A DNA stretch of 64,000 bases from Monocercomonoides exilis PA203. Its lineage: Eukaryota > Protista > Preaxostyla. The first letter of the stretch is position 1. The number at the start of each line of letters is the position of its first letter. The position numbers and the translations under genes are program-made. Below the pieces are notes generated by a model. It was given only the letters and a program-made list of their open reading frames with translations. It was not told the origin of the DNA and made no database searches. The stretch is taken from assembly GCA_001643675.2 (NCBI GenBank), contig LSRY02000023.1, positions 620,001-684,000 of the forward strand, written 5' to 3'. Positions 51,145 to 61,936 of the stretch are shown one piece after another.

Positions 51145-51919
51145 AGTAACAACACTTAAAAATCTCAGAACAAAAAGCTCGTGAAAATATGAGCAAGTCT
51201 TTGATCGAAAAAAATAAAACATAAAACACCAGATGGGTGATTTTTTTTGACATCATAAAAAAAGATCAAAAATCGAAAAAAAATTAAAATAATGGGCAGT
51301 TGAGATCAATCAATTTTTTAAAAAAGGATAAATTGTTTTTCAAAAATTAACCAAAATATCAACAAAATATCCTTTTTGCATTATTTTAAGTTAAATATAT
51401 TTTTTTTGTATATTTTTGAATGATTCATTTTTTATAAAAAAAAGAACAATAAAATATATTTTTTTCTAAAGAAATTGGTTTCATAATGCTTTTATCATGA
51501 AATGAAAATAAAACCATGTTTATTGATGAATAAAAAATGACATTATTTATTTATTTATTTATTTTAACTTCTTTCTGAGATATAGATTTTGAAGGTGTCT
51601 AAATAATTGGTCTTTAAATATCAATCTTGTTTTCATATATGTTCTTTTTAAAAAAAAAACATTTTTGGGAAGAACAACTTGAATTATATTGTTATTAATC
51701 AAGGAAAGAAATTTATTTTGAACAGTTATTCACAGAGAGGAATTAATTATTTTGGAATGGCTTTCTTTTTTTAAAAAAAGTTTTGAAAAAAAAAAAATAC
51801 GAACAATGATTTTGCACAATTGTTCAGAAAAAAACAAAAGAAAAAAGAATGAGTTGACAAGTTAAAATATTTGAAAATAATTGATTAAATACTCGAAAAA
51901 AAAAAATCAAAAACCAAAA

Positions 51920-53141
51920 TTATGAGAATTTTGATTTTTCAATTTTTTTGAAAAAACATATAGAAGGATGAAAATTTTCCAAAGCGAGATGATTCCAATA
52001 ATCATTCCATTTTTCAGGAATAATTTCTGAAACAATATGATCATTACACTCAATAAACTTTGAAATGGAACTAGGTTTAGAAACATCTTCTTTCACAATG
52101 GCCAAAAAATGCCCTTGCTTATAAAGAACACTTGAATGAATAACACATCCAACCAATTCATAAATAATAACATCATCTACAGAACAAGAAGATAAGAATG
52201 AATCTTCAGAGGAAACCGTTGGATCAAATATTCTTAAATCCTCAGGCCCTAACCCTGAATTAACAAAATGAATAGAAAGAGGAGGAGCTGTTACAGTGAA
52301 AAAATCACCAACGTTGAACAAAATACTTAACACTTTTGGAAAATACAAAAAACGAACATATTTCAAAAATTGTCTATCTTTGTGACATGATACACACTCT
52401 CCTTCTCTCTTCTCAACAAAAAAAGAATTACAAGTTAATAAATCTTGAAGACCAGAAACAACATCTGATCCTCTAATTGTCACAAAAAACTGATCATCCC
52501 TTCTTGAAATGGAGTAATCATTACAATGAACACACATTAAAACATTTTGTGAAATGATAGAAAACATATCATAAATATCACTACAATTTTTTGAAAGCAT
52601 TAAAAGAAGTCTCTCAAAAACAACAGACAGTTCTTTTGGCTGATTCTTTCCTCCAAGATAAATGTCGTAAAATTTATTTATTTGTCCTCCATCCCACACA
52701 TTAAAATTAAACGAAGAGATTCGAAGAAGATTAAACAGATGCATGAATGTTTTTTGCATGCTGTTCATTTTTGAAATGTCTATAAATTCAAGATTAATAG
52801 AAGCCATGCATTGACAAATGGCAGAAAGAGAGCACACGCTGCCATTATTTTTCAATCCTCTTTGAGAAGAAAGAAGAATTGAAACGCAGGATCTTGAATT
52901 TTCTTTTGAAGATAATGAAGAAAAAGATGATGATGAAGTATTTTGCTCTTTTGATTGTTCCGTAATAAAGGTTGAAAAAGTCGAATGTTTTTTGCATTTC
53001 TTTTCTTTTTTTTTATTTATGTGAAATGAAGAATTAGCTTTAAAAGAAATACAAAAATTATCGAAATGAAGTGAATTTGTGGATGACATTTTTTCATCCT
53101 TTTCTGTTTTGATGTTTGTGAAGTTTGAAAAAGAAGAGGAA

Positions 53142-53172
<31 letters not shown>

Positions 53173-56100
53173 GAGAAGAAGAAGGAGTGGAAGGAGAAGA
53201 AGGAGAAGAAGAAGAAGAAGAATTATTTTTGGGGAAAGAGAAGATATTTCGTGTGCGTGTGTGTGATGCGGAGTGAGGGCGAAGAGAAGAAGAAGAAGAA
53301 GAAGAAGAAGAATTTGTTGTTTTGATGCTTCTTTTTATTTTGCTTTTATTTCTGTTTCTGCTTGTGTTGTCATTTGTGTGTTTTGAGGGAGAAGAAGGAG
53401 ACAAACTCAGAAAAGAAGAAGAAATATCATCTGAACTGTGGATATTAGAGTTATTATGAGAAGGAAATGAATTTATGTTGGAAGATGAAAAAGATGACGA
53501 TGATGAAGGAGTGGAAGGAGAAGAGGAAGAAGAGGAAGAAGAAGAAGGTAAAGAAGAAGGTAAAGAAGAAGAGGAAGAGGAAGAAGAAGAAAAAGAGGAA
53601 GAGGAAGAGGAAGAGGAAGAGGAAGAGGAAGAAGTTGATGATTTTAATTCATCCATTGAACTGGCACAGGAACTAGATATTGGCTTTTCTGGCAGACTTT
53701 CAACAAGACAAGACGATTCAGAAATGACTGCAGCACATTTGGAAGGCAAATCTGTAGATGAAGACGCGGAGGAAGAAATAGAGGAACCCTCACTTCCTGA
53801 TTTTGATGAAACATTATTTTCTGTTTTTTCTTGAGGCTTGCAATACTGCTCATCATCATTTGAAGATGAAGAGCATTCACGACTCATATTTGCACTTTGT
53901 GGTTCGTCAGTGCTAATTTCACGCAATTCAGAAGAAGCTGAATGTTCAGTAGTTGGCGCGGCTGATGTTTTTGAAGGATTAACCGAAGCAGACAAAACTA
54001 AAGTGAAGTCTGTTGCTGTCTGAAGAAAGTTTGTTGTTGATGAGGACAAGCTACTGGAAGGTTTATCAGAAGCAGCCCGCGAAGGTAATGGCAATGATGA
54101 CGGTTGCTCAGAAGAAGAAGAAGAAGATGGAATATCTTCAGAAGAAGCTGAAGCGGAAGTGGAAGAGGAAGAAGGAGAGGTAGAGGGAGAGGAAGAATAG
54201 GAGGAAGAAGAAGAGAAAGAGGAGGGTGATGAGGAAGAAGAAGAAGAAGAGGAAGAGAATGAGGAAGAGGAAGAGGAAGAGAAAGAGGAAGAGAAAGAGG
54301 AAGAGGATGAGGAAGAGGAAGAAGAAGAAGGAGAAGGAGGAGGAGAAGAAGAAGAAGAATTTGTTGTTTTGATGCTTCTTTTTATTTTGCTTTTATTTCT
54401 GTTTCTGCTTGTGTTGTCATTTGTGTGTTTTGAGTGAGAAGAAGGAGACAAACTCAGAAAAGAAGAAGAAATATCATCTGAACTGTGGATATTAGAGTTA
54501 TTATGAGAAGGAAATGAATTTATGTTGGAAGATGAAAAAGATGACGATGATGAAGGAGTGGAAGGAGAAGAGGAAGAAGAGGAAGAAGAAGAAGGTAAAG
54601 AAGAAGGTAAAGAAGAAGAGGAAGAGGAAGAAGAAGAAAAAGAGGAAGAGGAAGAAGAGGAATATGAGGAAGAAGAGGAAAAGGAAGAGGAAGAATTAGA
54701 GGAAGAAGGAGAAGCCAACTGTGCATGCACAGCATTCTGTCCAAAGACAATCCTTTTCGGCGCATTCAGATACTTGAAGAGAGAGGGAGACAGAAGCGAG
54801 TGAGACACCGGCTTCGCGTGAACTTGCGGCACAGGCGGAGGAGAGACAGAGGGAGGCTTCACGAGCGAAGAGCACACGGGAGAAGGAGGGGACTGCGTGG
54901 ACTGCTTGGTCGACGGGGTCTTCTGGTCGTTGGGAATGACAGGGAAGGACAGGCACGCCAGAACCTTCGGAGGCTTAGGGGCTGCATCGGCTGGCGGAGG
55001 AGGAGGAGGAACATCATCGTAATCATCATCATAGACATTGCCATTATCATTTTCATTCTCGTCCTTGTTGGAAGAAGGAGGAGATTCGTCGAATTCTCCG
55101 TCTGTTGGAGGAGGCTGAGACACAAAACTGAATGGCCTGCTTTCATTCTCTGGAAATACCGTGCTTCCTGCAAAATTCTCCATCGAATGTGAAAGAACTG
55201 TTGCTGTTGTGCAGTTTGAGCCATCTGCTGCCTTTGCATTCACATTATTTGGCTGGCTGACAACAATCGGTTGACTTTGCTGTATCACATCAGATGCAGC
55301 ACAAGGCGCCTTCTGAATGGACGAGTGTGAAAAGGGCTGCTCTTTCAAGGGGAATTCCTGCTTTTGAGGCTTGGGCTGAGTCTGAGTCTGAAGATGAAAT
55401 TGAGGTTGAAATTGGGGTTGTGATTGAGAAACAGAAGGATTCAAAGGTCGGAATTGGAGAGGAAGCAAATCGGGGCTTTTCATCTTTGGAGAATTGCTCA
55501 CTGCGTTTGACTGATAAAAAGAAGCAGAAGTTGAATGATTCTGATAATCAACAAGTGGCTGGCTGGAATCCAATCTGTCGCCTCCTGAGAAGGTCACAAA
55601 CGATCTTTGTGCACGGAAATTCAACTTCGGATGCTCTGTAATCTCAATCGCCTGCTGCATCGCTCCAAACCTGGATGCTTTCGAGCTGTTCAGCCCTTCT
55701 TTTCCTAAATCGCTCTCTTTTTCGCTGTTCCAAATGGTTTTGGGGGGTATCTTGCGCTGAGGTGTAGGCTCAAACGAATTCAGATGGCGGATTGAATAAC
55801 CAATTGGCACATTTTGTGTCTTTTGTGAAGATGAAACAGATTGCGGAGACGGGGCAACCAGAAGCGGAGGAGGTGATGATGATAACGGTGAAGAAGAAGA
55901 AGAAGAAGAAGAAGAAGAAGAAGAAGAAGAAGAAGAAGAAGAAGAAGAAGAAGAAGAAGAAGCTGATTGAAATGAATGAGAGGATGCTGAGAGGACATTA
56001 GGAGAAGAGGAGGGAAATATTAATGTTGAATTTTTCTTTTGCATTGTTTTTTCCACTTCACAAATAATTTTGATAACTGGAGCTAATGAATATGAATAAA

Positions 56101-56387
56101 GTTTACATTTTTTATTTAAAAAAAAATGAATAGTTTAAATATATAATTATAGAAAATAAAAATGAAATAAATTAAAAAAAAAATCAAAAAGAAATATGCA
56201 AACAGTAACATGATTTAATAAAATCATGGAAAAGAAGTTTACCAAATTCGTCTTCAAGCACAAAAGCTTTTAATAATAAAACAGCGCGCTCGTAAGGCAT
56301 TTTTTTAAAAATGTTAGCAATATATATTGCTTCCGATTTTATCAGTCTTTTTCGCGTGCTTCGATGTTCTTTAGTCGTACTAAACAT
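51920..56387 (-). CDS. Ser/Pro-rich protein with C-terminal divergent USP/C19-like peptidase domain (2 exons)
   Basis: RGLKNNGSVCSLSAICQC, CVHC and CVSC zinc pairs, FPKVL, YELVGCVIHS...GHFLAIVK...ECNDHIVS and CFFKK. Exon 56243-56387 splices in phase 1 to 56082. Confidence 0.8.
53297..54655. repeat. Intragenic direct duplication (~310 bp x2, offset 1047 bp)
   Basis: 53297-53608 and 54344-54655 are nearly identical; both encode ...NINSFPSHNNSNIHSSDDISS...KIKRSIKTTN, with one H/P difference. Confidence 0.9.
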
Positions 56388-56563
56388 GAAAAAAAGATAA
56401 AATTTCCAGAAAATGAAATTATAATGGAAAGCAAACAATATTCTGAAAAGCAAAAAAATAAAAAAAATTCAATCAATCACTCGTTATCATTTTAACAACT
56501 TATGTTGAAACAAATAAAGAAATACAAAAACAAAAATCAAAAGATCTTTACGAAAAATAATTT

Positions 56564-59500
56564 TTATGATAAAAAAAGATAATGTTTCTTTAATTGTTTC
56601 ATTGAATCTGTTTCATCTTTTTGTTGTTGAATGAAAGAAAGAAGAGATTTAGAATGAAAATCAGTATTTGATTGATTTTCAGAAGTTGAAAGAGAAGTTA
56701 AATGATAATTTGAATGAGGAATAAAAAAAGAATAAGAGGAAAGAATTAAAAGAGAAAGAGAAGAAAAGGAGAGAAAAATAAAAGAAAAAGAAGAGAAAAG
56801 AAAGAGAGAAGAGAGGAAGGAGAGAGGAAGAAGATGAAGAAAAATAGGAACAAGAGGAAGATTTGCCATCTCTTTCATTCTCCTTCTATCCTATATCAAT
56901 CGGAGACTGCTTCTCCTCTGATGAGTGTGGAAACAGTATTGATTCATGCTCTCTTAACTGCACAGATGAAGCAGACTTTTCAGATGGCTCAATAGCACTC
57001 GAAATTGATGGCACTGAAGGAGATGAGCTGTCAGTCGTTGAAGTTGTTGGGTCTGCTATCTGAAACAGAGGAAACGAAAGAACAGAACTCAACAATGAAG
57101 AGGAAAATCTTTTGTCATTCGGAGACGATGTTGTCTTTGTGCAGACTTTCTTCAAGCCAACAGAAGTTGGCTGAATATTCGACAACTCTGAAGGGAAGAA
57201 ATTTATGTCGTCAATGTTTGAGCCACACTCCTGTGCTCTGGCATCACTCTCCAAACGAGAAGGCGGAAATGATTTAAAATCACTGTTGAACAGAGTTTCC
57301 AGCGAATGCACCTCTCCTGATGGATGCAAAACTTTGTTCGTTGGAGAGTTTTTGTTTGAGGCAAGAGAGTGCAGCGAGGAAGGAGTCGCAATGGCGATTG
57401 ACGGAGAACATGCCAGCAACTGCAGAGATGCTGACATGGAAGGGTTCGGCGATGATTCCCGTACATTCCACAAATTCTGTGTGCTCCGCTTTTCGCTCAA
57501 AACATTCGAAGAAATAGAAGACGAAGACGAAAGAAGATTGCAAAGCGATGTTGAAGGAGAATAATTCGAGAGGGGGAGTTTGGTTGCAACGACATGCCCG
57601 ACTGCAAAGGCGATGACATTTGCAAAAGAAGAAACAATGTTTTTGGCAATGCGGTTTCTGTTGCTCTCAGATTGTCAATGGAAGAGTTCGACTGGCTCTT
57701 TTGTAGTCGCAAAGGCAGCAAGCTCAAAGTCGAGTTTGGCGAATGTGTTTGCGAAGTGGATGGTGTTGCTGGGGTTGTTGGCGCAGATGAATGAAGAGAT
57801 GTTTGAGTTGTTTTTGGGGCTGTTTGATGTATTCCCTGAGGAGATGGCCTCTCTGATCCTGGGAAACTTCTGCTGCCTGAAGCATTCGGAGACTGTGTGC
57901 TATCATTTCCTTTTCTATTACCAAAGAAACGCTATGATTCAAAAACATTTATTAATTTAGATGATTGCCGAACTGCATATGAATTAATCATTGGATCATT
58001 AATCATGCTTTTCTTTTTCCCTCTTTTCTTTTTCTGCTTTTTCTTCTTTGTCGGCTTTGCTTTTCTGCATCCTTTTCCCGATGCACTTTTCACACTTTCT
58101 GTGCAACCTGAAGGAGAAGAAGATGCAGCTATCGCTGGAAAAGATGTTATAGGTTGAAAAATTGTTTCAATTTTTGAAGGAGATTGCTGACACGAAGGAA
58201 ATGAAGGACATGAAGATGATGCAGAATAAGCAGATAATGATGTTGGAGATGTGTGCGGTTGATGCGATTTGGAATCAGATGTAGATGAGATGGACGTTTG
58301 GACTGCCGAAGACTCAGCTGAAGAAGGATTTGACTCTTGAGCTGATGAGTTTGATGGAGTAATGTTTGATGAAGATTTTTCCGTGCTTCGCATCTGCTCA
58401 GTGCTGCCATCGCTTTGTGGCTGGTGAGACAGAGTGCAACCATCTTTGTGTTCTTCCTCATCCATCCGCACTTTGAACAGCTATTCCACAAAATTCAAAT
58501 GAAAAGTTGGATCCCTTGCACTTCGCCCAACTCCTCATCATCAAATGAACCTCCAGCTGGCATTCCATCTTGCTCCATATCTGCTCTTTCATCCCTTTTC
58601 TCCCCATCACACTTCAAACAATCAGTGTTCTTTGAAGACGAAGAAGACGAAGATGTAGATAATGAAGATGACGACTGGTTCAAAAGAGATGCCAACTTCT
58701 GAGTGGTTTCATCGCACTTCCTCTTTGCTTAATGTTCTTCTCCAAATTCCTTCACCAAGTGTTCAGATTTGTCCTCCAACAAAGTTGTCTTTGTTTGCTC
58801 AGATTGCAATTGCTGCGAATCTGCCTCGTTTGCTTGTGAAGATCCTTCAGCACTTTCTCTCTTCCCATCGTAAAAAATCGAATTCTTCTCTGTTGAAATA
58901 ATATATGATGGAGTCAAGCTTTTTCTGAGAAAATAATTGTTTGTCGTTTTCAATGTTATCAAAGATGTGGAAGAAAAAGGAGAAGAAGAAGAAGAAGAAG
59001 AAGAAGAAGAAGAGGAGGAGGAGGAGGAGTAGAAAGGAAGAGGAGGAGAAGAAGAATTAGATTTGTTTTCAATTGATGTGTTTGAAGAAGTTGAAGATAA
59101 AACTTGTTTTGTTGGGAATACCATTTTCCTGCCAGCAAACTGAGTTTTGTTGTTGGACGATGAAAAAAAAGGAGAAGACGATGGAACACGAGAAGAATCA
59201 GAAGATGTTGAATGAGATGTCGGAATTGAAGAAAAACAAGAAGAAAAACGAGAAGAAGAAGAAGAAGAAGAAAAAGATGGAGAAGAAGAAGAAATGGAAG
59301 AAGTATTAAAAAAAGCAGTCAATTCAGTGAGTGGTTGAAGTGCTCGTTCATTGAATGAAGAAGACTGTTTTCGTGTGGAAGATGAAGAAGGCGCAAAATT
59401 AGAATATGCTTCATTTTCTTCCAATGAAGAAGAAGAAGAAGAAGATGATGATGATGATACATAATTAAAAGCATAATCTTGGTTTTGCTCAGGAGAAGCA

Positions 59501-61057
59501 GAAGAAGAATATACAAGGGGAGGAAGAGAAGAAGAAGAAGGGAATCTGTTGTGATGATTTGCCAGTGAATGACAATTGTTTGTAAAAGAAGAAGAAGAAG
59601 AAGAAGAAGTTGACGATGATAAAGATGATGACGCTGTTGTTGTTGGATGAGAAAAGAAGGATATCTGATCGAGTGAAATTGTATTCACAATCATCTCCTT
59701 TATGCTAACTTCAGCTGTTTGTGACAAAGCAAAAAGAGAAACAGAAAACTCAAAGTTACAAAAGGAAACATCATCCACAATCACTTTTCCACTCGACGAA
59801 GCAACCAAAGAGAAAGAAACAGCTGTGCCGAAATCAGTCTGCTTGGCAAAACTGCAATGAGAAAGAGTTAATTCACTGGAAGAAGTGGTGGATAAGATCA
59901 GCACATTCACATAATTCTCAAAAAAAGCAGTAAGTGTATATGCAATCTGCTCAAACTTAAGTGATCCAACTGTCTCTATTGCAATTCCCGTGGAAGAAGA
60001 AATCGAATCATTCAGAATTAAACCTGTCTTCACAATCACAGCTTCTCCTCCTTCACTTCCTCCTCCTGTCTTTTCCACCCCGCTCTTCACCACACGCCGA
60101 TCCATCTCCGCTTCTGCCTCCAGCGGCGAATCGCCCGTCAGCACAACCGTACTTTCTCCTTTCCTCCCAAACAGAGAAAGCGCATAATCAACAGACAGGC
60201 ACTGCACCGTGTCTCCCCAGAAAATCCCGTTTGTCCCGCTTTCCCCGTTGATTGCGAGTGAATGCAGATTCATCCCAGTGATTAAGATAAACAAGTCAGT
60301 ATTTACTGTGAATCCTGCTCGATCGATTCCAATTAGAGAATTTGCTCTTTGGTCTTCGTCGATGTCCAAAGCGAAGGCGAATGAGGTGCTGCTGACTCTT
60401 GTTGTCAAGTCAGCACACGACAAAAACAGGTCTTTCCCCACAAATGCATTGTTTGACAAGAAAGTTAACTCACTCAGTGCAAAATCATCGTTGTTTGTTG
60501 GACAAATCAGTTATAAAAATCCTCATTTTCCTTCATATTCTGTTTCACATGTGCATCCATATGTTGTCGTGGTGCCATTCACAACAAGCGCTCCTGTTTC
60601 AGAAGGAGAAATTAATAACGCACCCCCGTTTGTGCTTGAAGTGGAAGAAGAGGAGGTTATATCGCAGGAATCAATGCAAAGAGTTGTTGAGAGCTGAGAA
60701 GAAGAAGAAGAAGAAACAAAAACAGAAGTCTCTTTCCTCAGCACAATGAACAAAAGCAGGCTTTTCTCTGTAAGTTCCGTGTCGCTGCAAACAAAAGCGT
60801 TTATTTGGCTCAAAAATTCCGTCAAGTCAAAACTCAAGTGTGCCGAAGTAATCGTCCCGTTTAACCCAGACGACAAAACAAACAGATTCGTCCCAACGAA
60901 AGCAGAGCAATCTGTGAATGAAACCATTTCCAGCTCAAAATCATGTGTTCCCGCTGAGCAGTCAATGAAGGCACTGCCTCATTTGCTTTCTGCTGCTTCT
61001 AACGAGTATCTGCGAAGGAGAGAACAGCATCATTTATGTTTAATGACAGAGAAGTGA
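56564..61057 (-). pseudogene. Broken/chimeric gene: beta-helix surface-protein fragment fused to Ser-rich fragments
   Basis: 59640-61050 has repeats such as FTDCSAFVGTNLF, NGGALLI and NNAFVGKDLF with in-frame stops near 60510-60525. Downstream ORFs are split by stops/frameshifts. The coding-like sequence stops abruptly at 61060. Confidence 0.55.
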
Positions 61058-61936
61058 ATTGGGTGTATCTTTTGTAGAATCTTACAGATTAAGAAAAATT
61101 AAATTAATTATAGAGTAATGCATAAATTGATTTTTCCAAAAAAAGAAGTTTTTCATAAGATAATCAAATTTTATTTTGCTGGCCATAAACCCATTTCAAA
61201 TTTCAAATTTTTCGTTGATCTGCAATTTGCAGAAATGATTATTTTTTGATTGTTAATGGTAAAAATGTAATAAAGAAGTGATTAATAAGCATTAAAACGA
61301 TTTCTGCAAATTTCCAAGTAATAAAAATCTTTGATTGATCGAAAAGATCAAATTGAACAATTTTCAGAATGAATTTTTTTTTTAAACATTTTTTAATAAA
61401 TATTATTAGTTTTTTGATTTCAATGGATGATATAAAATTTTCGTTGTTCATTATTTGACACCATTGAAAAAAGAACTGTTAGAAAGAATTTATCATTAAT
61501 TTTAATGTTGCTGCTTTTTGAATTTCGATTTTTTCTTTTGTTGTGTCATTTAATATTCACATATAAATTGTTCATTTGAAATAATATTTAAATTGTGATA
61601 GAGATGCGAATTTTTAATACAAAATATTTTTTATCATTTTTTTTTGAAAGAATTATTATTTTATTGTTTGAAGTGTGTTTTTTTCCTGATAATGTGGAAA
61701 AGGAGATAAAATTCATGTCAGTTTTGAACTTTTGGAAATTTTCAGAAGGATAATTTTGAATAATAAAAATACATTTTTGGAAGCTCTTTGAATATTTAAT
61801 TTGTCAATTTTTCTTTGAATAAACACAAAGCCAAAAAAACATAAAAAGAATTAAAAAATAAGTATTATAAATTCAAACAACAGCTTATGAATCTCTTATA
61901 TCATCAAACCATTATTAAAACACTTTCAAAATAAAA

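Larger units (their letters stand above)
47548..51234. mobile_element. Foldback element with ~190-bp arms hosting nested insertions
   Basis: 47548-47737 is a near-identical inverted copy of 48649-48750 plus 51145-51234; the right arm is split by the PHIS element. Confidence 0.8.
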
